A stretch of DNA of 64,000 nucleotides from Cyanophora paradoxa CCMP329. Lineage: Eukaryota > Plantae > Glaucophyta. The position numbers and the translations under genes were made by a program. This document shows positions 8,400 through 21,613 of the stretch, piece by piece; the stretch's first letter is position 1, and every line of letters begins with the position of its first letter. The stretch spans positions 310,001-374,000 of the forward strand of contig QPMI01000569.1 in assembly GCA_004431415.1 (NCBI GenBank), read 5' to 3'. The notes below the pieces were generated by a model that worked only from the letters and a program-made list of their open reading frames with translations, was not told the origin of the DNA and searched no databases.

Positions 8400-9604
8400 T
8401 ACAGTGGTGGTTGGCTGGCCGTCGCTCCAGCGACGGAGGGTCCTCATCGGACCTACCCCCAGTTTTCCCGTTGCTCAACCGGAGCAGCGGGCTGGGAACC
8501 TTTTCTTGTAGCTGTTCCATTCAGTGTGTCCGACCCGCGTTGGTCGCACACCTCCTGGATTGCTCCCCTTCCTTGGGCGCTGATTGGGTTGCACAGTTGA
8601 AGCCGCGGGCTGATCACCCGTTCGGCTCTGGACCCTGCCACTTCCTGCTATCACCCTCTTCACCCCTTGGCCGGCCCCTTCCGGCTGCTTCCTGGCCTCC
8701 CTCGGGCGGCACGAGGACGTGCCGACGAGGAACACGCGGAGCTATTGCCTCACGGCTTTATGCCGTCAGGAGCCGGCACCCCGAGTCGCGCTACTCGCAG
8801 TGCTTGGCCTTAGTCTCCGCAGCGCTCGCATTGAGTGCGCCGATTGGACCCCCACTACTTTTCATGTACCCCTCCCGGGCTCACGCCCCGGGTGACACAC
8901 TTGTACCCTGCACCTGTTCACGAGTCACGACACACCAGCTCTGCCCGCCTGCGCTGCCAGCTTGCCTACGCTGCGCAGCACGCACGAGCATGTTCAGCTG
9001 TACCGGAAACCTGGTCCTTCTGAACACAGTTGCAAATCTGTACATGTACATGTGTGTGCCCTGTCAGTGTGCCCAGCGTTCTCAGTCTTCGAGATTCCCG
9101 AGTTCGAGGATTTCGATCATGACGACATCATTCAATTTGAGATGACACTGTGACAACGTACGTATACAATACTTGAGCGTATGCGGTTCGAATTCTGCTA
9201 CTGTAGTACGACAGTTTTCTAGACAGTGTTGCGACAGTTTTCCAGTAGCGATCCATTCCAGATTGCGACAGTGTACATGTAGTACCTGATCATGAAGCTT
9301 GCGCGTGCAGCTATCTATAGCGCTGTACGCATACAAATAAAATAAACAGAGTGCGAGCCCTACGCGTGAGATCGGACCGGACCGGATCCGGACGCTTCAG
9401 CTAGCCGCTGAGCGCTGCAGATCATCGGATCGCGCGGCCTTTTCGAATTCGGAAGAGGGGACTCGCAATCGAGGCCTGATCGATGTCATCACGGCATGTG
9501 CATGAAGGATGCATACATTACTAAGCTACCCCCTGGACCGGATGGCCAGGTCAGGCCTAGGGGCTGGCTATGATGGTACACGTACGGATCGCGATCGAGT
9601 GACA

Positions 9605-11184
9605 TCAGGGGACGGCGGGCCCCGGGCCGGGCGTGGCGGCGGCGCGGAAGGAGGAGGAGGAGTAGGAGGGGAGGGCGGCGCGGACGAGCCCCGTGAGCGC
9701 CCGCGTGTACTCCTCCCGGTGCTCCCGCACGTGCGCCACGTGCCGGCTCTGGGGGGGGGGAGGAGTTCAGGGGTACAGCTGGACAGAGAGGCGGCCGGCC
9801 CCGCGCACCTTTTCGAAGCAGAGGTGCGTGACACGGGCGCCCCGCGCCCTCCGCTCGTTCACCAGCCTCTCCACGAACCTGCCGGGTACCCCAAATGAGG
9901 CGGAGGGGGTACGGCGGAGGGGGTACGGCGGAGGGGGTACGGCGGCGGCGCGCACTCCCAGGGGCAGAGCGGGTCGTCCTTGGAGTGGACGAAGAGCTCG
10001 ACGATGTGGGACTGCGGGGGTACAGCGCTCCGCGTGGGCGGAGGGAGGGCGGGGTACAGGGCAAGGGAGGGCGGGAGGGGGGTACCGGGGCGGAGGCGAG
10101 GTTCCGGAAGTACTCCTGCAGGCGGCTCTCCTGCCCGCTGGGGAAAGCAGTCGGCAGGGGGTACGAAAGCGCGCGTCCGGTGAGGGGTACGCGGACCAGC
10201 GGAGGAGGGAGAAGAAGCCGAGCACGGAGACGGCGAGGGTGCCGGCGAAGTACGGGAGCGGGTTGAAGCCTGCGAGGGGGGGCGGGGCGGGTGTTGGGGG
10301 GGCCTGCGGGGCGGGGCGGGGCGGGGCAAGCGGGGGCGGGACCGGCGCCGGTGGTGATGGCCGTGAAGGCGACGTTGAGCTGGAGCTCGCAGGGGCAGCT
10401 GTCGAAGACGCAGCCCCGGATCCGGTCCTGCGCCCCCGCGAACCCCTGGCCCCCCGGCTTCAGCTCGCATCCAATCCGCGGGGGCCGTCCGGCGGGCGGG
10501 CGGGCGGGCGGGCGGGCGGGCGAGCGGACGGTGCCGGTCTTGAGAACGTGGAGGACGGATTCGTAGATGAAGCAGCCTGCGCTCGGGGCGGCTCGGCGGG
10601 GGGGGCGGGGGGGCGGGGGGAGAGCGGGCGGGCGGCGCGGGCGGGCGCACCGCCGTTGGAGAAGACGTGGAAGAGGACCGGGGGCATCTCGCCTCGCGCG
10701 TCCGCCAGCTCCGGCGCGCACAGCAGCGTCAGCAGCTCGCTCGCCATCTGCCCCGCCGCGCCCCCCAGATCAGCGGAGCGGCGGGGCCCGCTGAAGGGAC
10801 CGCGTCCCCCGAGCGCTCGGGCTCCGCGCGGGGCTCCGAGCGCAACTAATCTAGCTGCTTAAGCCGCGCTATCGTGCGCCCGAGCACGGACCTCCTCGCG
10901 AGGGCCGGAGGTCGGTGCGAAGACGGCGGCTCCGGAAGCGACGCCGGAGATCGTATCGAATCCGCGCTCCTGCATGCTGCGTGAGCGCACGCGCGTGGGC
11001 GGCGCGGGTAAAGCACCGTGTAAAGCTGCGCGTACTTCAGGACGTGCTTGATCTCAGCTCCGTACCAGCCAAGGAGGACGACGATCGGCACGGGACCGCT
11101 TCCGAGGCGCGAGGCGGGCTCATCCGCTCCTTCGGAGCACGTCCATCCGCGCGCCTCCGCGGCCTTCTTCACGGACTCGAGCAT
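9605..11184 (-). CDS. TMEM53: TMEM53/DUF829-family alpha/beta-hydrolase-like protein (multi-exon)
   Basis: Exon motifs in order: VVLLGWYGA..KHVLKY..LY, LFHVFSNGG, IRGCVFDSCP, LFVHSKDDPLCP, HVRHVREHREEY. Confidence 0.85.
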
Positions 11185-11351
11185 CCTTTACGCGTGACGA
11201 CTGCTTCGCACACGCTGCTCGTGTTGCGCGCTTGCTTCCGGAAGAGATGCGAGCCGAGCCGCTCGGAGCCGCCGAGCCGCCGTAGAGCTTGCCCGACGGG
11301 GTACAACGTCTCTAACGGGCCAGTCGCTCTGCGGATCTGCGGGCCTGCTGG

Positions 11352-14300
11352 ATGGCAGATATGGACGACGACGCCTTCTGGGCGTCGGCGGAAGTGTTGC
11401 AGGCCGTGGACCGCGCGTCAGCTCAGCTTGCGCGCTCCACCGCGGCCCCTGCAGCGGGGCCGGCAGCGAATGCGCGGGGCTATCAGCAGCCGCAGCCTCC
11501 TCAGCAGACATCTTACCGGCCGCAGCAGCCTCCTCAGCAGCCGCAGTGGCACCAGCAGCGCACGGGACCGGCTGCCGCGTTCACCTCCGGACCAGGTCAA
11601 GGGAGCGGCACCTCCGGTGGACCCCGGCAAGCACCAGCGGCCGCTCCTTTCAATCAGAACGTTAATCCGAACTCGAGCGCGGGCTTCGCGCGCCCTGCGT
11701 CCGCTCCGAAGCCCGGCGAAGTCGCCCCAGGCGGGCGACCGGGCTCCGCCCCCAGCAAGGCCCCAAACGCTCCCACGATCACTTTTAAGCTGGAGCTCAC
11801 CTCGGACGTGCGTCTCGCGGTTTCCGTGGACGTAAATCCCATCCCCGCCATCATCAGCACGATCAAATCCCTCCCGAACCCCCCACCTGGTGCGGTGGCG
11901 CCAACGGCACGCGGTTCTGCAAGCTTTTCTGACCACAGCGACCGCTGCAGCCATCAAGAACGGCCAGCGCCTCACGTGGACTTTCCCGATAACCGCGTAC
12001 AGCGCGGTGGTGGACGGGCTCTCGAAGTCGCCCTCGCTCGTCGCGAAGCTCGACGGGGCGCTCCCGCCGTGGCTCGTCCGCGCGCTCTGCGAGCTGCGGC
12101 CGCAGGAGCAGCTGCTCGAGGATGGTGCGGCCGCGGCCGCCCGCCCGCGCGCCCGCTCCCCGCGCTGAACGCGAGCGCTCTGCGCAGACCCGCTGGAGCA
12201 GAGGGTCCTGCCACCCGCGCTCAAGGACAAGCTATTCGAGTACCAGAAGGAGGGAATCAGGTGCCCCGCTTCCCTCCTCTTTCCGGACAAGGCGCCCCGC
12301 TCAAGCGACCCGGCCCGGCCCCGCCCGGGACGGCGCGCGCAGATTTATCCTGCGGAAGAAAGGGCGCGCGCTGATCGGCGACGAGATGGGCCTCGGTGCG
12401 CCGCGCGCTCTTCGAGGTCCGACCGCTCCGAGGGGCCCCACTGACGGCCGGGCCGGCCCGCAGGCAAGACTGTCCAGGCCCTGGGCGCCGCCCTCTTCTA
12501 CAGGCGGGAGGCGCGCCCCGCCCCGGCCCCGCGCTCCTCCGCGCCGCACTCCGTCGCCCAGCTGACCGCTCTTCCCCGCGCCGCACAGTGGCCGCTCCTC
12601 ATCATCACGCCCTCCTCCCTGAAGTACTCCTGGTGTGAGGTGCGAACGCGTGCGGGACCGCCCCCGCCCCGCCCCGCCCCGTCGGCCCCCGCCGCTCCGC
12701 ATGCATCCCGCCCGACGCGGCCCCCCGCCGGGGCAGGCCTTCGAGAGCTGGGGCACGGGCGTCTCGGCGACGCGCGTGCTCGTCTGCGACGGGAAGCCCG
12801 AGCGCGTCGACCTCCGCGACGTCGAGGCGCGCCGTACCCCCCCGGACTCGAGCCGGGCGGGGCCGGGCCCGACCCGACCCGCCCCCCGCCCGCGCAGGTC
12901 GTGATCATGACGTACGACCAGGCGACGGGCTCCGCCGCCTGGCTCGCCCAGCGCAACTTCCAAGTACTTTCCTCCCCTCCCCTCGGCCCCGCGCCGCCCC
13001 GGGCTCATCGCGCTCCGCGCGCAGGTCGTGATCCTGGACGAGGCGCACTACATCAAGAACTACCAGGCGAAGCGCACGCAGGCGCTCGTCCCGATCCTCC
13101 AGCGCGCCCGCCGCGCGCTGCTCCTCACGGGCACGCCGCTCGTCTCGCGGCCGCGCGAGCTCTACCCGCTCCTCACCGCCCTGCACGGGAACCTCTTCCC
13201 GGGCCCGAGCTTCCAGGCCGACTTCGGCGCCCGCTACTGCGACCCCAAGCAGGCGAGCGCGCCGGACGGCGGCTCCCGCTGGCCCCTCCGACTGAGGGCG
13301 GGGCCGGCGGCAGGTGCGGCAGTGGCGCGGGGGCGGGTCGGGCTTCACGGTGACGACGTACGACGGGGCGAGCCGGGTGGAGGAGCTGCACGTGCTGCTG
13401 CGGACGGTGATGGTGCGGCGAATGAAGCGGGACGTGCTCGCGCAGCTCCCCGCCAAGCGCCGCCAGCGCGTCCTCGTCCAGGTCCGCGCTGCGGGGCCGG
13501 CGGGGCGGTCGGGTCCGCGCGGGGTCAGCGGGGGGCCCGGTTCGCGCAGGCGGAGGAGGGCCTGCTGGGGCAGCTGCGGAAGGACATCGCGGCGTCGCGC
13601 AAGGCGCTGGACGAGGCGAAGCGCGGGGACCGCGCGCCCCCCGCGAGCATGCCCCAGATGATCGAGCTCTACCGCCTCACCGGCCTCGCCAAGGCCCGAG
13701 CCCGAGCTCGAGCCCGCCCGCCCGCCCCGCTGAGCTCCGGGGGCGCAGGTGAAGGCCGTGGAGGAGTACGTGGCGGACGCGCTCGAGTCCTTCGGCGAGG
13801 CGGGGGAGAAGTTCCTCGTCTTCTCCCACCACCTCCAGGCCCGCCCCCGCACCCGCTTGCCCGCCCCCCGGACGCCAGCGACGGAGGGGTGGCGCCGCGG
13901 GGCAGGTGGGCGACGCCATCGAGGGCGTCCTCAAGAAGGCGAAGATGGTGCGCGGGGGCCCTGCCCGCCCGCCCTCTTGACTCGACCCCGAGCCGAGGGC
14001 GGGGCCCCCGCGCGCAGGCGGCGGGGAAGGAGTACATCCGGATCACGGGGCAGACAGCCCCGCACGAGCGGCAGTCCCTGGTGCGCGCGAGCGCGCGAGG
14101 CCGCCCGGGGTCCCCTCGGGGAGACGTCCCCGGCAGGTGGCGGCCTTCCAGAATGATCCGCGGTGCCGGGTGGCTGTGCTGAGCATCACGGCGGCGGGGA
14201 CGGGCCTCACCCTCACCGCCGCCTCCACCGCCATCTTCGCCGAGCTCGCCTGGACCCCCGCTGACATCTTCCAGGCCCGCCCGCCCCGCCCACGCGCCGC

Positions 14301-15258
14301 CCCAGGGGCAGGGGAAGGCGCGGCCTCACGCGCGATCGCGGGTCTTCGCAGGCGGAGGACCGCATCCACCGGATCGGGCAGGAGAGCCACAAGGCACGCG
14401 TGCCCGCTCTCGGCCCCTCGGCACGCCGGGGCGCGCGCCTGTGACGCGCCGGTGGGGCTCCGCAGGTGGAGATCCGGTACCTTGTAGCGCAGGGCACCGC
14501 CGACGACATCATGTGGCACGCCCCGCGCCCCGGACCCTCCCGGACCCTCTGAGGCGCCGGCGCGGCAGGCACATGCTCGACAAGAAGATCGGGGTGACGA
14601 CGCAGGCAATGAACGGCCACGGGGCCAGCCTCGAGGCACGTCGCCCCCGCTCCTTCCGCCCCCTTGCTACCCCCCCCCCTCTCCCCCGCTCCTTTGACGT
14701 GGCGCCCCGCAGGCCTCCACGGAGGGCGGCCACACCGCCTCCTCCTCCTCCGCCGCCGCCGCAGCCGCCGCCGCCGCCGCCTCCGCCCTGGCCCCCGACA
14801 TCCGCTCCCACTTCGGCCCGGCGGCGCCAGCTCTGGCAGCCTCGCACCCGCCCGCGCGCCCCGCGCCGCCCGGCCCTCCCTCCTCCTCCTCCTCTTCCTC
14901 CTCCGCCTCCTCCTCGGGGAAGGCCTCTGGGGCGCGGCGGGGCGCGCGGGCGCCGGCCTCGACGTCGGGGCCGGCCGGCGCCGCGCTGCCGCCCGAGGTG
15001 GTGGACCTCTGCGCGGACCTGCCCCCCGGCCTCTTCGACGACGACGGCGCCCCCGGGGGCGGCGCCGGCGGCGGCGGCCACCCCGACGGCGCGGCGGGGT
15101 ACGCGGAGGTCGGCGGCAGCGGCTACTTCGGCTTCGACGGGGCGGAGGAAGGGTACAACGCGTACCAGGTGGAGGGCGTGCTCCACGCCGGGGGCGGGTG
15201 GGTGGGCGGCCCCGCGGACCCGGCGCCCGGCCCCCCCGCCAAGCGCGCCCGCTGGTAG
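11352..15258 (+). CDS. SMARCAL1: SMARCAL1/HARP-like (or ZRANB3-like) SNF2 annealing helicase, about 20 exons
   Basis: [124 protein letters not shown]. Confidence 0.92.
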
Positions 15259-15808
15259 GCAGTGGTAGCCTAGCTGCCGCTGTGGCGAAGTCCTCGAGCG
15301 CGACCATCAGCGCTCCACGGCCGGCACTGGCCCCGGGCCCCGGCACGCAGCGGCCCGCCAGGGCCGCCACGGCAGCACCGGCGCGCGAACGAAGGCTCGA
15401 GGCTCGAGCTGGAGAAGCGGCGCAATTGAGTCCGGGTCGCGGGGGGGTACTAGAAACTTTGCGCCAGGCGATATCGATCGCGATGGCCAGGCCCAGCCGC
15501 GCAGCATGCGCGCGCACTGTTGCGCAGACGTCCGGGATCCACTCAAATTGTAAACTTCGAAGCCCGCGTTCGCCTCCGGTCTGGCCGGCGTCGCACTCGC
15601 ACCGCTTGCACAAGGCGAGCTCTCACACGTGCACCCGGCAGCTGCGGCGAGCACTAGGCCTGCAGCGGCATGACGGAGGCGGCCGATGGTCCGCCCTTCG
15701 ATTCAAATGCATATATATGCCCGCACCGGTGCTGACCCAGAGTCCCGCCGCGCCCGCGCCGCAGACGATGCGCGTACGCAGCCGCGGCCGCGGCCGGCAG
15801 CTCCAGCC

Positions 15809-18800
15809 ATGGCCAGTGCCGAGCGGCGCGCGTCGACGTCGTTATCCGCGAAGGTGAAGGCCGTCGGAGCGATGTCCGCGAAGATCGCGAGCGTGGGCGC
15901 GTACGTCGCGCCGGAGGCAGCGCGCCGCGGTCGCCTCGGCGGCCCCGTCACAGCCGTCTGCCTCGCCGCCGCGGGCACCGAGATCGGTGCGCGCCCCTCA
16001 GACCAGCAGTCCTAGGCCGACTGCGAGGCGCGCCCTCTGACGCGGGCTGGGCGGACGGGCGCAGTCGCGGCCTGCGCGGACAAGAGCCTCAGGTGCTACG
16101 ACGCCGCCAGCGGGGCGTGCCTGTGCGCATGCGCGCCTTGCGCACTCCGGGCCTGCGCCACCTGCAGCGCTGGGCTTATCTTGGGGCCCGGCGGCGGCGG
16201 CTGCGCAGGGCCCTCTACGAGAAGCTGGAGGGCGAGATCGCCGCGCTCTGCTCCGACGGCGAGGTTCGCACGAGGCGCCTGGCCGCCGCGCCGGCCCGCC
16301 GGCCGCGCCGACGTCCCAGCAGGACCTGGTCTTCAGCGGCGGGTCGGACGGGACGATAGTCCGCTGGACGCTCTCCGACGGGCCGGCCGCCGGCCGCTCC
16401 CTCTCCAAGCACGACGGGTGCGCCGAGAGCGAGAGCCGCGCTGGGCGGGCGGCCGGCCGGGGTGCATGCATGCAGCCGCTGACCCTGACGCGCTGCGGGG
16501 CGGGCGGGTGGGGTGCAGACCCGTGCTGTCGGTGGCGTACGAGCCGCGGCGGGGCGCGGTGCTCAGCGGGAGCCGGGACGGCACCGCCCGCGCCTGGGAC
16601 GCCGCCTCCGGCGCCGAGCTCCTCCGCGTCGGCAAGGAAGACGGTACCCCCCGCCCCGCCCCTCCTAGGAGCCGGCGGCCGGCCGGCGACCCTCACTCGC
16701 CCCGGAGGGATCACGGGCCCCGTGACGGCTCTGGCCGGGCCGCCCCCCGGGGCCGATCTCTTCGCCTTTGCCTGCGGCGATCTGTGCGCCCGTAACCCCG
16801 CGCCCCTCCGTCCCCCCTCACTTCTCCCCCTTCCCCCTCTCCCTGCAGGGACCCGGCGGGCACGGAGCACTTCGTGTTCGTGCGGCGGGGCCTGGGCGAG
16901 GAGGCGGCGCGCTGGCGGGTGCCGGATCGCGTGTGGGCGATGTGCCTCGCCCCGGACCTCTCGCACCTCTTCCTGGGCCACCAGGGGGGTACAATCACCG
17001 TCTGGAGCCTCGCCGAGCAGCGCTGCACCGCCACCCTCGAGGGGCACTCCCCCAAGCAGGTCCGCCTGTACCCCACCCTCCCTCCCGCCCCCTCTTCGCC
17101 CCCCCTGCTCCGCTCGAGCCGGCCGCCGGCAGGTCTCGCAGCTCGCCCTGATCCCCGGGGCCCTCGTCTCGTCGGGTACCCCCCGCGGCCCCCGGCCCGC
17201 TCCGGTATTCCGCTGTGCCGACCGATCTCCGTAGGCTTCGACCGGCGGGTGCTGCTGTGGAGCCTCCCCCCGGGCTCCTGGGCCGCCCCGCACCCCGCCC
17301 CCGCCCGCGAGTCCACCTCCCACAGCGGCGCCGTCAACGGCGTCGGTGAGCCCGCCCCGTACCCCCGCCGACCTGGCCCCCCCGCGCCAGACGCCCGCCC
17401 GGCAGCCCTGCGGCCCGACGGCGACGTCTTCACCGCCGGCTTCGACCACCGGGTACTCAACATTCTCCCCTCTCGTTCCAGCACCACCGGCGACGCACCC
17501 TCCCTTTTACCATCTCCAGCCCCCCTCCTCAGTCTCTGTACCCCGCAGGTGCACCGCCTCCCCGGGTTCGCCGTCAAGCCGGCGGGAATGCCGGAGGGCG
17601 CCGCTGCCGCCGCGCCCGCCGTGCGGGAGGTGGAGCTGGTACCCCCGTCGCCGGTGCCCCCCCTGACCCTCGTCCTCTACTTCGTCGTCCTTCTCGCGTG
17701 CGCTGTACCCCCCGGGTCGCTCCCACCCTCCACGCTCACGCGCACCCCCCTCCCCCCGGGGCGCAGGGAGCACGTCCAGATGCTCAAATCCGTCGTAGAG
17801 AACCTCGATGTGCGCTTGCCCCCTCGTGATCGTCCCTGTAGCCCCCCGCTCCGCCCTCCCCGGGCCCCTCCCCTCGCCGCCCTCCGACAGCCCCTGGCGG
17901 CAGACGTACAACTACCGGCGGGGGCTGGTGTGCCCCGTGACCGGCGCCCTCTTCGCTCGCTTCGTCGAGCCCGCCCTGGGTCCGCCCCGCCCCCGCGCCG
18001 GCCTCCACGCACCTGCCCTCTCCGCCAGCGCCCTTCTCCCGGGCTCTAGGGCATGCGCACCGGGCTCGGCCGGCTGCTCCTATCCCCCGGCCGCACAGCA
18101 AAGCGCTGCAGCGTCAACCCTGGGGCGACGCCTCCGAGCACTTGAGTTGTATTTACGTGGCGCCCGGCTAGCTTCTTGCCCCTCTTTCAGCTCGAGCCCT
18201 GCCGTCGCCCCCGCCCCTGAACCGGCGCCCGCCCCCCAGGCCCCGTCTCGGGGATCACCACGAAGGGGTACAGCTCCTCCGTCGTCCCCTACTGGTGCGC
18301 GTGCGCGGCGCGATCGGCCCTGCACCCCGGCCCCCGTTCGTTCCCTCCGAAAACCCCGTACCCCCAGGCTCGCTGTCGGCTTCATGGTCTCCTTTGTCGG
18401 CGTCATGCTGGCCTGCTTCAAGGTGCGCGTACCCCCTTCCGCCTCCGCTCGCGGGTGCGGGACCTGATCGGGGGGGCACAGGGCCTCTACGGCCTCGTCC
18501 TCAAGCGCTCGACGAAGGACCGCCTCGGCGCCTTCCTCCGCGCGGCCCTCGAGGCCCGCTCCCCTAGGCCTCCCCGGCCCGTCCGCCCTCCCCGCCCCCG
18601 GCCCGCTCACGTCGACGTCTGGGGGTGCAGGGCGGCCTCTGGTTCGTGTCGATGATCCTCTCGGCGGACGCGGTCGAGCAGGCGCGCGTACCCCCGGCGC
18701 GGGGTGCTGCCGTCCCCCCCGGCGAAGCACCGCTGACGGCGGCGCGCCGCGGGGTCGCGTCGTTCGCCCCCCCAGGTGGCCCAGGCGTTCAGCTGCGTGG

Positions 18801-20277
18801 AGGGACAGTTCACGCCCGCCGTCTCCTGCTGGCGCGGCGCCCACTGGCCGGTCCGCCCGCTCCCGCACCGAGATCCACCTGCCGGCAGCCGCGGGCGCCC
18901 CCTTCTGAGCCGGGGCCCCCAGCACGTCTTCGTGGGCCCCCTCGTCGCCGTACCCTTCGTCCTCTTCTGCCTCCGGTTCGGCCCGCGTCTGGCGCGCCCC
19001 CTCGCAACGACATCGCCACCGACGCGCCCCCAGCCTGGTCGCGGTGGAGGGCCGCCTGATGAACTACGGGTACCACCTCTTCTACTGGGGGAACGACAAC
19101 ACCGCCGCCGTGATGATCAATGGCGCGCGGGGGTCGCGCCTCCCGCCCCCCCCACCCCACCCCCCCTCCCCCCCTCCCCCCCCTGCCCCCCACGCCCCGC
19201 GGGGCCTCCTAGGGCCCTCACCCGGGCCCCTTTCAGTGCACCTCTTCTCGCGCCGCTCCGCTTTCTACGAGCGGCTCCGGCTCGCCCTCGCCATGAGGTG
19301 GGGCTTGTTGCGGCCCGCCTCACCCCCCCGGGCCTCATCCGCACCCCTGCAGCTGGGCCGTCGGGGATTCCATCCTGCGGGACCACCCCGTACCCCTCGC
19401 CTGTTTCCAGGTGCCTGGGTCTCTACCCCCTCACGCCCAGGATCCTGTACCCCCTGCCAACCATTCTCTCCGACCGCTACCGGCCAGGCTACCTTCCTGG
19501 CCGGAGAGCTCCTCGGGGTACTGCTCGTGCGCCCCTTCTACGCGCCCAAGATCTCCGCCCTTCGTCCGCTGTTTTCGTCCTGGATTCGTACCCCCGGCGC
19601 GATCGTTTCACGTTTGGGTACCCCCGATCGCGAGCAGGCGCATGCATGTACCTGGGGCTTGCCATCTCCCCTCTGGGGGTCATAGCATCGGAGTACGGCT
19701 GGTGGTACCCCTCCGCTTCCTTCCCCCCTGTGAGCCATATGCACCCGCCCTCCCGAGGCGCCTTATAAAAATTAAGCTTACGCCGTCCTAAGAGTCCTGC
19801 GCCCTTCCCCCTACGCCCCCCCCTTCCCCCCCCCTCCCCCCCACACCCACCCCCCGTGCAGACGTGCTCCTCTCTCGTCGCTGGACAGGCCGCTGTACCC
19901 CTCGTTTTTGGTCTCTGGTGCGTCGCGCCCCCTATTTACGAACATCCCGACATCTTGGAAGCGATGCGGTACGCCGGCGGCTGCAGGTGGATCGCTTCGC
20001 TGCTTGCCGCGGCTGCAGGGGGCCTGTGGCTGCTGCGACCGGCCGCGGGTACCCATCCGAGGGGCTCGAGACGGGCGGCCGCGCGGCGGCAGCGTACCGG
20101 CCCCTCGCCGCCGGCGCCGCCGCGGGCACGGAGGCGGCGGAGGTGACGCTCGGAGAGGGGTCGGCGGAGGGCGCGGGACGCCGGTTCCTCCCGAGGGGCG
20201 GCGTGCACGCTCAGCGCGCCCCCGGGCGGTGGGCGGCTCCCGCCGCGCCCAGTGCGCGCCTCCAGTCCTTCGTCTGA
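15809..20277 (+). CDS. WD40 beta-propeller protein with a C-terminal multi-pass membrane region (multi-exon; ends approximate)
   Basis: WD repeats (VFSGGSDGTIVRW, VLSGSRDGTARAWD, LGHQGGTITVWS..CTATLEGH, FDRRVLLWS) followed by hydrophobic exons (LTLVLYFVVLLA, FMVSFVGVMLACF, AVPFVLFCLRF). Confidence 0.7.
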
Positions 20278-21613
20278 CATCTGTGATCATGAGCCCAATA
20301 CATGGGCTTGATCATGATCGGATTATCGCGAACTGAAGAGCTACCGTGTAATACTTATTTACTGCGGCACAAATTACTGCGTTCTAAAATTTCTGCGTCG
20401 GTATGCGCTTTACTGCGCTACCAAATTACTGCGTTCAATCGGCCTCGAAATTGCAAGGGGGGAAAGAAGACCGAAGGTCTTCCCCCCTTGCTTCCCGTTC
20501 CCTCGCTTCAGCCAAAATTTTTCTATGAGGCCGTTTTCGAGGTCCAGTTTGCAACAAAAATGTTGGTTATTCGCCTTCCGATTGGCTCGGTGGACCGGTC
20601 AGCTCTCGACTTTCGAGCGTCTAGTTCGAGGGGAAAAAGTGGTTTTCGAGGGGAAAACTACCTTCTCTCTAACTCCGGTCTTCGAATTCCTTGCGCGGTT
20701 CTGCATGGAACCAGTTCTCCCTAGCTGTCTCCTCTAGATTTCGGCTTCCTCGCAGTGCGTCGCGTACGCCTTGCTCTTCGTTGCGCGGTTCTGCATGCAA
20801 CCACTTCTCTCTACCTGTCAACGTTTCCTCTAGATTTCCGCCTGCAAACTGCTTGCGTTGCTGCCTGCGCCGCTGCAGCTGATCGCAGACGAGCACACCC
20901 GGCCGGCCAGATCTAGACCGTACTCTCTTGCTGCGCTTATATCGAGCTTATATCGAGCTTATATTGCAGAACCGCGTGTGCCGGCCGAGCACGCCGGCCG
21001 GGCCGGGCGCTCGGCGCTCTTGTTGCGATCGGCACCCGGACAGCAGACGTCGACTAGCTAGTGTGCTGCGCACGACGTGGCCGCAGTGGCGCTTGTCCGC
21101 TCATTCGGCACCCCGCGTGCGCATTGTGTTGCGCCGCGTGCACGTGCGTGCGCACCCGGCGCCTGTACTAAGCTGTCACACGGCCTGGGCATTGCCTCCG
21201 GACGCGCCGCTGCACGCCGCTTTCCGGTCGTTACGGATCCAGCTAACAGGCCAGCTGGCTGCACTGCAGCTTAAGCTTCAGCAGTGTTTGCAACAGCCGG
21301 GAGTTCCCTTATTCAGCAGTAGCTCAGGGAAAGACCTTCCCTTGGCGAATTTCAGACGAGATGGGACGGACAGCTGCATTGGACCTTGTCCTCGGGCGAG
21401 ATTTCCTGCCGTCGCACTGCACGCTCTCATCGTCGTGCACGGGCGGCATTTGTTTACATTGTCCGGACGGAGCCCGTGAACGCATCTGCTGGCGCCAGAG
21501 CTTGTTTCGTCATGTCCGGCAGCACGGTCGCAGCGCTCGAGTTCGTGCAGTTTCCATGGAGCCGCGCGCGCGCTCGCAAAAACGCAGCAGCTAACGCACG
21601 TATTCACCGCCAC

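Noticed and set aside
9149-9491. Possible 3' LTR of the gypsy element (TGTGA start, AATAAA inside)
   Set aside because: No clear polypurine tract, no clean CA end and no second copy in the window.
9489-20336. Many long Arg/Gly/Pro/Ala-rich overlapping ORFs
   Set aside because: These are shadow frames caused by very high GC content and unspliced introns.
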